NCBI GenBank assembly: GCA_033551855.1
Contig: JAWSUI010000002.1
Span: 4,783 to 68,782, forward strand
Reading direction: 5' to 3'
DNA length: 64,000 nucleotides
DNA from: Deferrisomatales bacterium
GTDB lineage: Bacteria > Desulfobacterota > Deferrisomatia > Deferrisomatales > JACRMM01
The notes beneath the pieces are model-generated. The model searched no databases and had not been told where the DNA came from. It worked only from the letters and a program-made list of their open reading frames with translations. Each line of letters opens with the position of its first letter. The first letter of the stretch is position 1. Shown here one piece after another: positions 21,952 to 30,849 of this stretch. Made by a program: the position numbers and the translations under genes.

Positions 21952-23354
21952 CTTACGACGTGGCGATCCTGGGGGGCGGCCCGGCGGGGTACGTGGGGGC
22001 CATCCGGGGAGGACAGCTTGGGGCGAGCGTCTGCCTCATCGAGCAGGGGGAGCTCGGGGGGACCTGCCTCAACCGGGGGTGCATCCCGTCCAAGGCCTTC
22101 TTCGAGAGCGCGCGGCAGATGCAGGCCTTGGCCCGCGGCGCCGAGTTCGGGATCCGGGCGAGCCTGCAGGACTTCGACCTGGCCGCCTGCGTTGCCCGGA
22201 AGGACGGGGTGGTCCGACAGCTCGTGGGCGGGGTGGAGTCCCTGCTCGGGGGCTATGGGGTCGAGGTCGTCAAGGGCCGGGGAGTCCTCCTGGAGCCCGA
22301 CACCATCCAGGTGACCGCGCCGGACGGCTCCAAGTCCGTTGTGAAGGGGCGCAACGTGATCGTGGCCACGGGGTCCCGTCCGGCCGAGGTGCCGGCTCTC
22401 CCGGTCGATGGCGAGAGGATCGTCACCAGCGACCAGATCTGGGGAATCGAGACCTTGCCCCGCCGGATGGTGATCGTGGGGGGCGGCGTGATCGGGTGCG
22501 AGGTGGCGCACATCTTTGCGGCCTTCGGCTCCCGGGTCACGGTCGTCGAGCTGCTGGATCGGCTCCTGGCCAGCGAGGACAGGGACGTCGCTCGGGTCGT
22601 GCACAAGAGTCTGGAGGCCCGGGGGGTGGAGATCCGTACCGGGGTCCGGGTCGCCGGGGCCGAGCTCCGCGGTTCCGGCGTCGTGGTGGCGCTGGAGGGC
22701 GGGGACGAGCTCTCCTGCGATTGCGCCGTGGTGGCGGTGGGGCGGGCCTACAACAGCCAAGGGATCGGCCTCGAGGAGGCCGGCATCGCCTTGGACCCGT
22801 CGGGAATGGTCGAGGTGAACGACGAGATGGAGACGTCGGTTCCCGGGGTGTGGGCCGTGGGGGACGTGGTGGGACAGTTCCTCTTGGCCCACGTGGCCAC
22901 CAGCGAGACGCTGGTGGCGGTGCACAACGCCCTGGGCAAGAAATACTGGATGGACTACTCCGTGGTTCCCTACGCGATCTTCACCGGGCCCGAGGTGGCG
23001 GCGGTGGGCGCCAAGGAGGCGGAGCTGAAGGAGCAGAAGATCCCGTACAATACGGGGCGATTCTCCTTTGCCGCCAGCGGAAAGGCCCTGTGCATGGGCG
23101 AGCCCGAGGGGTTCATCAAGATCCTCTCCCACTCCGAGACCGGCCGGGTGCTGGGGGCGACCATCGTGGGAGCCCACGCCTCCGACGTGATCGGCGAGGT
23201 CGCGCTCGCGATGCGCATGGAGGCCTCTCCGGGCGACATCGTCACGACCATCCACGTCCACCCCACCGTGAGCGAGGTGATCCTGGAGGCCTGCGAGGAC
23301 ACCATGGGGCTCTCCATCCACAAGGCCGGGCGACGCCCCACACGAGGCTCCTGA
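21948..23354 (+). CDS. lpdA: Dihydrolipoyl dehydrogenase
   Basis: FAD motif ILGGGPAGY, redox-active disulfide [13 protein letters not shown], and a C-terminal HVHPTVSE dimerisation motif. ATGA overlap with tsaE. Confidence 0.92.
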   Translation: MTYDVAILGGGPAGYVGAIRGGQLGASVCLIEQGELGGTCLNRGCIPSKAFFESARQMQALARGAEFGIRASLQDFDLAACVARKDGVVRQLVGGVESLLGGYGVEVVKGRGVLLEPDTIQVTAPDGSKSVVKGRNVIVATGSRPAEVPALPVDGERIVTSDQIWGIETLPRRMVIVGGGVIGCEVAHIFAAFGSRVTVVELLDRLLASEDRDVARVVHKSLEARGVEIRTGVRVAGAELRGSGVVVALEGGDELSCDCAVVAVGRAYNSQGIGLEEAGIALDPSGMVEVNDEMETSVPGVWAVGDVVGQFLLAHVATSETLVAVHNALGKKYWMDYSVVPYAIFTGPEVAAVGAKEAELKEQKIPYNTGRFSFAASGKALCMGEPEGFIKILSHSETGRVLGATIVGAHASDVIGEVALAMRMEASPGDIVTTIHVHPTVSEVILEACEDTMGLSIHKAGRRPTRGS

Positions 23355-23359
23355 GCGCC

Positions 23360-24580
23360 ATGGCCCTGATCGTCCAGAAGTACGGCGGCACCTCCGTGAA
23401 GGACGGGGAGCGGATCGCCAACGTGGCGCGCCGGGTGGCGCGGTACAAGGCCGAGGGCCACGACGTGGTGGTGGTGGTCTCCGCCATGTCCGGGGCGACG
23501 GACGGCCTGATCAAGCTGGCCCATGAGGTGACCGACGTCCCCGACGAGCGGGAGATGGACGTGCTCCTCGCGACCGGCGAGCAGGTGACCATCGCGCTCC
23601 TTACCATGAACCTCCTCTCCCTCGGGGTGCCGGCTCGTTCGCTGACGGGCCAGCAGGTTCGGATCCGCACCGACTCGGCCCACACCAAGGCCCGGATCTC
23701 GGATGTGGATACCTCCCCGTTGCGCAAGGCCCTCGGGGAGGGCAAGGTCGTCGTCGTGGCGGGTTTCCAGGGGGTCAACCCCGACGGGGACATCACCACC
23801 TTGGGGCGCGGAGGCTCGGACACCAGCGCCGTGGCGGTGGCCGCCGCACTGAAGGCCGACGTCTGCGAGATCTACACCGATGTGGACGGCGTGTACACGA
23901 CCGACCCCAACGTGTATGAGCGCGCGCGCAAGCTCGAGAGGATTTCCTACGACGAGATGCTGGAGTTGGCGAGCGTCGGCGCCAAGGTGCTCCAGATCCG
24001 CTCGGTGGAGTTCGCGAAGAAGCACAACGTTCCGATCCACGTGCGGTCTTCGTTCAACGACAACGAGGGCACCTGGGTCGTGGAGGAGGAAGAGAAGATG
24101 GAGCAGGTGGTGGTTGCCGGGGTGACGTACGACCGCAATGAGGCCAAGGTGAGCGTGCGGGGAGTCCCCGACCGGCCCGGGGTGGCGGCAAAGCTCTTCG
24201 GCGCCCTCTCGGAGAAGAACATCGTCGTCGACATGATCGTCCAGGACGTGGGGGAGGGAGATCGGGCCTCCATGACGTTCACCGTCCCCAAGGCCGACCT
24301 CAAACGGGCCTTGCTGGTGGTGGAGCCACTGGCTCGGGAGCTCGGGGCCCTCGAAGTCACTTCCGACACGGGAATCTCCAAGGTCTCCATCGTGGGCGTG
24401 GGCATGCGCAGCCACGCCGGGGTCGCCGCCAAGATGTTCGACGTGCTCGCCCGGGAGGGGATCAACGTGCTGATGATCTCCACGTCCGAGATCAAGGTCT
24501 CGTGCGTGGTGGAGGAAAAGTACACGGAGCTCGCCGTCCGGGCCCTCCACGACGCCTTCGGTCTTTCCCGTGACGCCTGA
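23360..24580 (+). CDS. lysC: Aspartate kinase (with C-terminal ACT domains)
   Basis: [13 protein letters not shown] at the N-terminus, a kinase core, and two ACT-like repeats at the C-terminus. Confidence 0.93.
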   Translation: MALIVQKYGGTSVKDGERIANVARRVARYKAEGHDVVVVVSAMSGATDGLIKLAHEVTDVPDEREMDVLLATGEQVTIALLTMNLLSLGVPARSLTGQQVRIRTDSAHTKARISDVDTSPLRKALGEGKVVVVAGFQGVNPDGDITTLGRGGSDTSAVAVAAALKADVCEIYTDVDGVYTTDPNVYERARKLERISYDEMLELASVGAKVLQIRSVEFAKKHNVPIHVRSSFNDNEGTWVVEEEEKMEQVVVAGVTYDRNEAKVSVRGVPDRPGVAAKLFGALSEKNIVVDMIVQDVGEGDRASMTFTVPKADLKRALLVVEPLARELGALEVTSDTGISKVSIVGVGMRSHAGVAAKMFDVLAREGINVLMISTSEIKVSCVVEEKYTELAVRALHDAFGLSRDA

Positions 24581-24670
24581 CGGACGGCCGGTGGGCCTCC
24601 CCTTACGATCTTCGCCCCTTCGCCTCGCACCCCCCGGTCACGGGGCGTCGCGGCGACGCGCAGACAGGCC

Positions 24671-26278
24671 ATGATCCGCGTCTACGACACGACCTTGCGC
24701 GACGGTACCCAGGCGGAGGACGTCTCCTTCTCCGTGGAGGACAAGCTGCGCATCGCCCAGCAGCTCGACAGCCTGGGCATCCACTACGTGGAGGGGGGGT
24801 GGCCGGGCTCGAACCCCCGCGACATCCAGTTCTTCCGGGAGGCCCGGGGGCTCCGCCTGGAGCAGGCGAGGTTGTGCGCCTTCGGGAGCACGCGTCGGGC
24901 CGACGTGCGGCCGGAGGACGACGCCAGCCTCCAGGCCCTGCTCGAGGCCGAGACCCCAGTGGTGACCATCTTCGGCAAGTCCTGGGACCTGCACGTAGAG
25001 GATGCGCTGCGCGTCACCCTCGAGAAGAACGAGGAGCTGATCGAGCAGAGCGTGGCGTACCTGAAGCGCCACGTTGCCGAGGTGGTATACGACGCAGAGC
25101 ACTTCTTTGACGGGTACAAGGCGAGCCCCGAGTACGCTCTGCGCACGGTCCGGGCCGCCCTGCGGGGGGGGGCCGACGTGGTGGTGCTGTGCGATACCAA
25201 CGGCGGCAGCCTGCCCACGGAGATTGGGCGGATCGTGGGGGAGGTGCGGGAGGCGGTACCCGGGGTCCTCGGAATCCACTGCCACAACGACGGGGAGTTG
25301 GCCGTGGCCAACACCCTGGTGGCGGTGGAGGCCGGCGCCACCCACGTCCAGGGGACCGTCAACGGCTTCGGGGAGCGCTGCGGGAACGCGAACCTGATCT
25401 CCATCCTCCCCAACCTCGTCCTCAAGATGGGCCGTTCCTGCATCGCGGCCGACCGCCTCAAGCGCCTGCGGGAGGTGGCCCGGTTCGTGGACGAGCTGGC
25501 CAACCTGCACCACGACAAGCACCAGCCCTTCGTGGGGGACAGCGCCTTCGCCCACAAGGGGGGCGTCCACGTCTCGGCGGTGCGCCGCAACCCGTTGACC
25601 TACGAGCACATCGACCCGAGCCTCGTGGGAAACAGCCAGCGCGTGCTGATCTCCGATCTCTCGGGCCGGGCCAACGTCCTGACGAAGGCGCAGGAGATGG
25701 GCTTCGACCTGGAGGGGCAGGGCCAGTTGGCCGCTGAGGTGCTCGAGCGCGTCAAGCGCCTGGAGGCGGAGGGGTACCTCTACGAGGGGGCTGAGGCGAG
25801 CTTCGAGATCCTGCTGAAGAAGAGCCTCGGTCTGCACCACAAGTTCTTCGACCTCATCGGCTTCCGTGTGATCGACGAAAAGCGCCACGAAAACGAAGAG
25901 CCCATCGCCGAGGCGACCATCATGCTGCGCGCCGACGGCGTGGTGGAACACACCGCGGCCATCGGCAACGGTCCGGTCAACGCCCTGGACGCGGCGCTTC
26001 GCAAGGCGCTGGAGAAGTTCTACCCCGCCATCCGGGACGTGCACCTGCTGGACTTCAAGGTGCGCGTGCTCACCTCGGGGGGCGGCACGGCCTCCCGGGT
26101 CCGGGTGCTCATCGAGTCCAGCGACGGCCGGGAAACCTGGGGCACCGTCGGCGTGAGCGCCAACGTGATCCAGGCCTCTTGGCAGGCACTGGTGGACTCC
26201 ATCGAGTACAAGCTCATGCGGGACGAGGAGCGCGCCCAGGGGGTGGGAGAAACCGGCGCCGAGACACCGGTGGCCTGA
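24671..26278 (+). CDS. cimA: (R)-citramalate synthase (IPMS/HMGL family, long Geobacter-type CimA)
   Basis: [10 protein letters not shown], HxH (GIHCHND) and a C-terminal LeuA-dimer-like regulatory domain. The N-terminus closely resembles the TIGR00977-type citramalate synthases. Confidence 0.85.
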   Translation: MIRVYDTTLRDGTQAEDVSFSVEDKLRIAQQLDSLGIHYVEGGWPGSNPRDIQFFREARGLRLEQARLCAFGSTRRADVRPEDDASLQALLEAETPVVTIFGKSWDLHVEDALRVTLEKNEELIEQSVAYLKRHVAEVVYDAEHFFDGYKASPEYALRTVRAALRGGADVVVLCDTNGGSLPTEIGRIVGEVREAVPGVLGIHCHNDGELAVANTLVAVEAGATHVQGTVNGFGERCGNANLISILPNLVLKMGRSCIAADRLKRLREVARFVDELANLHHDKHQPFVGDSAFAHKGGVHVSAVRRNPLTYEHIDPSLVGNSQRVLISDLSGRANVLTKAQEMGFDLEGQGQLAAEVLERVKRLEAEGYLYEGAEASFEILLKKSLGLHHKFFDLIGFRVIDEKRHENEEPIAEATIMLRADGVVEHTAAIGNGPVNALDAALRKALEKFYPAIRDVHLLDFKVRVLTSGGGTASRVRVLIESSDGRETWGTVGVSANVIQASWQALVDSIEYKLMRDEERAQGVGETGAETPVA

Positions 26279-26315
26279 CCCGGGGGCCCTCCTGTCCCGG
26301 GAGGCAACCCGTCCC

Positions 26316-26780
26316 ATGGCGGACCGCGCCCCCGACCGCAGTGCCGTGCTCGGCCTCGTGCTCCTGGCTGCGCTTTCCTGGCTGCTTCCCCAGGGCTTTC
26401 GCCTGGCGGCCCGGCTTTTCGGGCCCGCTTCCCCGGCGGTCTACGGCGTGGAGGGCTCGTCCGGCCTCCTCTGGTCTCCCCGCGACTCCTCGCCGGTTCC
26501 CGACGGCCACCTCTTGGGGGACCGGGGGCGCGCCGGCGCTCTCGTCGGGGGCTGGGAGGGGCTCCTCTTTGGCACCCCTCTCGACCTCAACCGGGCCACG
26601 CGCGAGGACCTGGAGGCGCTTCCCGGCGTCGGGCCCAAGACGGCCGAGGCCATTCTCTCGGCCCGGGAGAGCGCCGGGGGATTCGACGCCGTGGAGGACC
26701 TCCTCCGCGTCCGGGGCATCGGCCCCAGGACCCTGACCAGGCTGCGGCCGTTGGTGAGGGTGGAAAAGGAAGCTCCCTGA
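26316..26780 (+). CDS. comEA: ComEA-like helix-hairpin-helix DNA-binding protein
   Basis: N-terminal TM/signal segment, then LNRATREDLEALPGVGPKTAEAIL...LLRVRGIGPRTL (tandem HhH). Confidence 0.85.
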   Translation: MADRAPDRSAVLGLVLLAALSWLLPQGFRLAARLFGPASPAVYGVEGSSGLLWSPRDSSPVPDGHLLGDRGRAGALVGGWEGLLFGTPLDLNRATREDLEALPGVGPKTAEAILSARESAGGFDAVEDLLRVRGIGPRTLTRLRPLVRVEKEAP

Positions 26781-26967
26781 CGAGGCCGCCTCCCCCACCT
26801 CCCCACCGCCTCGGGCAGGGCTCAGAGTCTGTGAAACAATCTGCCGCGAGACCGGATTCCTTCGTTGCGCACTCGCGCACCCCTCGCCTATCTACCTGAA
26901 CTATCTCGTCGTTCGCTCCTGCGCGCCTCGCACGCCGGCCCGCTCGCGACGATTCCTTCACGAACTC

Positions 26968-27570
26968 TCACTGGGGATGGGCCGACAGGCGGGCGTGCAG
27001 CGGGCTCCTCCGGGGAAAGTGGCTGACGAGAAAGTCCATCTGATCGGAGAGGATCCGTCTCCCCTGGAGGTACACGTATTCGGCGTGGGAGGGGGTGAAG
27101 GGCACGGCCAGCAGCTCCATCCCCGCCTCCTCGGGGGTCCGGCCCGACTTTCCGTGGTTGCAGCGCTTGCAGGCGGTGACGACGTTGCTCCAAGTGTCCT
27201 GCCCCCCTCGGCTGAGGGGGGTGACGTGGTCCCTGGAGAGATCACACGCCGGGAACCGCTGGCCGCAGTAGAGGCACAGGTGGGCGTCGCGTCCGAAGAG
27301 CGTCGGGTTCGAGAGGGGCGGCGCATGGGCGCGCGCCGCCCGGCGGTGGGCGCGCCGCCCGCCCACGGTGGCAAGGACCGACCGCACCTCGATCACCGTG
27401 CGCCGCCCCGAGCGGGCATTCGTGCCGCCGCGGAGGCGGTAGAGCAGGGTTCCGAGAGAGTAGGCCACGCGCTCGAGGTGGTGCAGGCGCACCGCCTCCT
27501 GGTAGTCGATCCAGTCCAGCGGCACACCCCCCACATCGACCCGGAGCACCTGTTGGTCCAGGCCGTACAC
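26968..27570 (-). CDS. HNH endonuclease (~200 aa, COG1403-type with N-terminal extension)
   Basis: ORF 26968-27930 trimmed to the GTG at 27570-27568, with GGAGG 5 nt upstream. HNH core CLYCGQ...DHVTPLSRGGQDTWSNVVTACKRCNHGK. Confidence 0.85.
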   Translation of the reverse strand: MYGLDQQVLRVDVGGVPLDWIDYQEAVRLHHLERVAYSLGTLLYRLRGGTNARSGRRTVIEVRSVLATVGGRRAHRRAARAHAPPLSNPTLFGRDAHLCLYCGQRFPACDLSRDHVTPLSRGGQDTWSNVVTACKRCNHGKSGRTPEEAGMELLAVPFTPSHAEYVYLQGRRILSDQMDFLVSHFPRRSPLHARLSAHPQ

Positions 27571-27644
27571 GGCGCCTCCCCGGAAAGGAAGAGGGTCCGA
27601 CGCGACGCTTGTGGGTTGTAGCAGTTTCGGCCGAGGGAAGCAAA

Positions 27645-28138
27645 GGGTTCCGGCAGCCCCGGATTCCCCGCCTGCCCGGCAAGCGGAGGCCGGGAGCCCC
27701 TGCGTTCCGCCCCGCCATCCGCGGCGACGGGCAGGGGTGTCCCCGGAGGCCCCGGTGCGCCGGGCGTCACCCGTTTGCGTCGGGCCGGGAGGGTCGGTCG
27801 ATGCGGTACGGGGCTGCTCTCCGGTGCTCCCGACACCCGCTCCAAGACGTGGCGGCGGGTTCCGGCAGCCTCGGATTCCCCGCCTGCCCGGCAAGCGGAG
27901 GCCGGGAGCCCCTGCGTTCCGCCCCGCCATCCGCGGCGACGGGCAGGGGTGTCCCCGGAGGCCCCGGTGCGCCGGGCGTCACCCGTTTGCGTCGGGCCGG
28001 GAGGGTCGGTCGATGCGGTACGGGGCTGCTCTCCGGTGCTCCCGACACCCGCTCCAAGACGTGGCGGCGGGTTCCGGCAGCCTCGGATTCCCCGCCTGCC
28101 CGGCAAGCGGAGGCCGGGAGCCCCTGCGTTCCGCCCCG
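27645..28138. repeat. Near-perfect tandem direct repeat, 212-bp unit x 2.33 copies
   Basis: Copies at 27645-27856, 27857-28068 and 28069-28138. The only difference is C at 27659 versus T at 27871 and 28083. Period verified by reading landmark positions (t at 27648, 27860, 28072). Confidence 0.97.
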
Positions 28139-28492
28139 AGATCTGCGGCAATGGAAAGGGCGGTGCCCCAGGCAAAGGGTGCTGGACCGAGCCGTTCTGC
28201 CTCGGGTTCTGTCCTTCGGGGGGTGCGGTGGGCGGCCGCCCTCCACGGGCTCCCCTGACCTGCCACGGAAATGTGGTTCTTCCGGTAGACGACCGGGTGG
28301 GCCCGCCCACTCCGGCAGACGATGCCGGGCAGTACGGCAGGTGCGCTCCCGCGCCGCATCCGGAATCCTTGCGGCATCGCGGCTCCCGAAACGGCTGCTC
28401 CCGTCGAGCGGCCGTCCGCCTGCGCGGCCGGGCCCACCCGGTCGTCCCTGGACACGAGTGCCCGGTCATTTCCCGGATGAACCGGAAATGTG
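28139..28492. repeat. Diverged continuation of the same array (rest of copy 3 and a fourth ~215-bp copy)
   Basis: The copy-3 tail keeps blocks such as atcYgcggc, ccgttYtgcStcggg and gctccc..gac. Copy 4 starts at 28275 with ggttcttccggtagac (unit: ggttccggcagcc) and keeps CCGCC...CCGGCA-loop-TGCCGG. Copies 3 and 4 both end in cggaaatgt (28266-28274, 28483-28491). Alignment was done by eye. Confidence 0.7.
28288..28446. repeat. 18-bp perfect inverted repeat (GACGACCGGGTGGGCCCG / CGGGCCCACCCGGTCGTC) separated by 123 nt
   Basis: The arms at 28288-28305 and 28429-28446 are exact reverse complements. Confidence 0.9.
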
Positions 28493-28532
28493 ACGGTGGA
28501 TCCAGGGCGTCAGGACGCGGGGCGGGCCCGGA

Positions 28533-28562
28533 TTGACAGCCCCGAAACCGCCTGACTAGTAT
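28533..28562 (+). promoter_or_regulatory. Sigma70-like promoter candidate for the dynamin-like gene
   Basis: Consensus TTGACA at 28533-28538, an 18-nt spacer, and TAGTAT at 28557-28562. It lies ~58 nt upstream of GTG 28620, which has AAGGAG 4 nt upstream. Confidence 0.45.
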
Positions 28563-28619
28563 GATCCCCTTTCGACCTGCTGTGCCTACCGGGGCAGCGC
28601 GGGGTCTCCAAGGAGCAGG

Positions 28620-30791
28620 GTGAGGCGCGTGGACGGAGGAGGAGCAACCGTGGGCGACCGCGCGAGGTCGCTTCTGTTCTTGGCGGGCGCGGTGCGGGAG
28701 CTCCTGGGGGCCCAGGGGGAGCCGGTGCCTCCGTGGGAGGCCCGTCTCCAGGGCCTGGGGGGGGACGGGGAACGATTCCGTATCGCCGTGGCCGGCACGG
28801 TCAAGAGCGGCAAGAGCACCCTGGTGAACGCTCTCATCGGACGCGACGCGCTCAAACGGGGAGCGGGTATCGTCACCTCCCTGGTGACGCGGGTGAGGCC
28901 GGGCAAGGAGCTAATCGCTCGGATGCGCCTCAAGGGCTGGGCCGAGGTCAACCGGGAGGCGACGGACGCTGCGCTCTTCTTGGGGGGCGGGGAGGACGGG
29001 CGCCCCGTGGACCTGAGGTCGGCGCGGGACCGGGAAGCCCTGGCCCTGGCCCTGGCCCGGTTGGGCGAGGAGGTGTTGGGCGAGGGGGGGTTCTTCGACA
29101 AGAACGTGGCCCTGCTGCGGGCGTACCTCGGGGGGCAGGCCAGGGTGGCGGACCTCGTGACCGATCAGCCCCGCATGGTGGAATTTGGCCCCGACGGCTT
29201 CGAGCGGCATCGGGAGTTCGCCGGTCACGACGCGCTGGCCGCCTACGTGGACGACCTGGTCCTGGAGATCCCGGGCCTGCCCTTCCCCGACACCTGCGAG
29301 CTCGCGGACTGCCAGGGGTATGACTCCCCGAACCCGCGGCACATGGAGATGGTGCAGCAGTACCTGCTCGGCGCCCACGTCGTGGTGTACGTGGTCTCCA
29401 GCCGCGTGGGGCTGCGCGAGGCGGACTTTCGCTTTCTGCGGGACATCAAGGCCTTGGGGCTCGTGGAGTCCACGCGTTTCGTCCTCAACGCGGACCTGGC
29501 CGAGCATGGCAGCGCCGAGGACCTGGCGGAGTTGGGCCGCCGCGTGGGGGAGGAGCTCGAGCACCTCGTCGGGCAGGTGCCGCTCCACACCTTCTCGGCC
29601 CTGCGCGCCCTGCTCCGGGGGTTGCGGGAGAGGGGCGAGCCCCTGAGCCGCCGGGACGAGCTGCTCCTCCAGGTGTGGGCCGAGTCGTCGGCCTCGGCCG
29701 AGGACGAGTACCCCCGCTTCCTCCGGGCCCTGCAGGACGCGGCCGGACCCCAGCGGGAGCGGCAGCTCGAAAACGCCCGGGCGGACTTGGTTCGCTTGGC
29801 CACCGGCGCCCTGCGCTCCCAGGTCGGGTCGGCCCTGGTCCTGGCGGGGAAGGAGGCCCAGGACCTGGCGGCAGAGCGGCAGGCCCTTGGGGCCGCCAAG
29901 GACCGGGTGCAGGGGTCACTGGCGGGCTTCGAGAGTGCCCTGGGCGGCGTGTCCGGATCCCTCAAAGCCGAGGTGTTCCGTAAGGTGGACGGGTGCTTTC
30001 ACCCCTCCGGGGGGGATCTGGCCGTGGAGGTGCTGACCCATGTCCGCGGTCTGCAGCCCCCTCCCGCCGCCCTCGAGGTCACGGAGAGGACGAAGCTGCC
30101 GCGACAGATGGCCCGCATCTACCACGAGCTTCGGGCCGCCTTCCAGCGGTACAAGGTCGAGGTGGCGAACCCGCGGGCGGTCGATCGGATCCGGAGGCTC
30201 TGGGCTGAGGCGAGCGGCGCACTCGGGGAGGCCGCCCAGCCGCCGGCGGAACTCCTGGTGCAGAGCGTCGAGGCCTACAGACGGGAGGCCGAGAGCCTGG
30301 GGATCGCCGTGCCTCCCTTGGACCTGCCACCTCTGGACCCCTCGATCGGGCGGACGTCGATCCCTCTCTTCTCCGCGGTGACCTATGCTCCCGGCCAGTT
30401 CGCCACCGACCGGGTTTTGTCCTTCGCGGGGCAGTGGACCCGCAAGCTGGCCACGGGGTGGGCCAAGCGCCTGCTGGGCAAGAAGGAGCGCACGAGCTTC
30501 GCCCGGTCCCTCCTCTCGGACGGGGCCGAGGCGGTCCGGGAGCTCCTGGCGGAGGAGGCGCGCTCGAATCTGCTCCACTACAACGAGCAGGTGAAGCACC
30601 AGGTGCTGGGAAAGAGCCTCGACTCCCTGGCCGCGGCTTGGGCCGAGGGCTACCGGGAAACCGTGGAGGCCCTCGTGGTGGATCTGGACCGGCTGCTGGG
30701 TCTTCTCGACCGGTCCGCGGCCCTGCGGACCGAGCTCGTCCCTCGCCTGCAGGAGATCCTGGGGGCGCTGGAGGGGTTGGAGTCGTCGTGA
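28620..30791 (+). CDS. Bacterial dynamin-like GTPase (dynamin family protein)
   Basis: 723 aa. P-loop AVAGTVKSGKSTLVNALIG, G2-like GIVTS, G3 DCQGYDSP. The long alpha-helical C-terminal two-thirds is typical of the BDLP stalk/paddle. Confidence 0.8.
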   Translation: MRRVDGGGATVGDRARSLLFLAGAVRELLGAQGEPVPPWEARLQGLGGDGERFRIAVAGTVKSGKSTLVNALIGRDALKRGAGIVTSLVTRVRPGKELIARMRLKGWAEVNREATDAALFLGGGEDGRPVDLRSARDREALALALARLGEEVLGEGGFFDKNVALLRAYLGGQARVADLVTDQPRMVEFGPDGFERHREFAGHDALAAYVDDLVLEIPGLPFPDTCELADCQGYDSPNPRHMEMVQQYLLGAHVVVYVVSSRVGLREADFRFLRDIKALGLVESTRFVLNADLAEHGSAEDLAELGRRVGEELEHLVGQVPLHTFSALRALLRGLRERGEPLSRRDELLLQVWAESSASAEDEYPRFLRALQDAAGPQRERQLENARADLVRLATGALRSQVGSALVLAGKEAQDLAAERQALGAAKDRVQGSLAGFESALGGVSGSLKAEVFRKVDGCFHPSGGDLAVEVLTHVRGLQPPPAALEVTERTKLPRQMARIYHELRAAFQRYKVEVANPRAVDRIRRLWAEASGALGEAAQPPAELLVQSVEAYRREAESLGIAVPPLDLPPLDPSIGRTSIPLFSAVTYAPGQFATDRVLSFAGQWTRKLATGWAKRLLGKKERTSFARSLLSDGAEAVRELLAEEARSNLLHYNEQVKHQVLGKSLDSLAAAWAEGYRETVEALVVDLDRLLGLLDRSAALRTELVPRLQEILGALEGLESS

Positions 30792-30849
30792 GGCCCCCAG
30801 GAAGGGTCTCCCTCCCCGGGGCCGGCAGGGGGGGCCTCCGCCGGGCGCC

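Noticed and set aside
26781-26967. Possible element in the lower-GC convergent gap between comEA and the HNH gene (repeated gattccttc at ~26854 and ~26952).
   Set aside because: Only a 9-mer is repeated. It has no convincing hairpin, tRNA fragment or ORF, and is most simply 3' UTR/terminator space for two convergent genes.
27645-27700. Guanidine-I (ykkC) riboswitch, prompted by AGGGTTCCGGC at the start of each unit.
   Set aside because: Only this short block resembles the ykkC 5' consensus. The other conserved blocks I remember (GGUCCGAGAG and ACGG..GGGA..AAAAGCCCGGGAGA) are absent. The context (tandem copies, and no transporter or carboxylase gene downstream) does not fit either.
28445-28465. 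Sigma54 promoter in ctGGacacgagtGCcc upstream of the dynamin-like gene.
   Set aside because: The GG and GC elements are separated by 8 nt rather than the required 10, and the flanking bases do not match TGGCAC-N5-TTGC.
27645-28492. CRISPR array.
   Set aside because: The repeats are ~210 bp and directly abutting, with no unique spacers, and there are no cas genes in the window. This is a tandem repeat, not a CRISPR array.
27393-28536. ORFs crossing the tandem repeat (27609-28493 +, 27611-28258 +, 27775-28536 +, 27393-28469 -, 27767-28246 -, 27979-28455 -), and the N-terminal extension of the HNH ORF to 27930.
   Set aside because: The repeat period (212) is not a multiple of 3, so repeated DNA gives non-repeated, frame-shifting junk protein. 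None has an RBS, and the composition is R/P/G-rich. The HNH gene has a well-placed GGAGG-GTG start at 27570.
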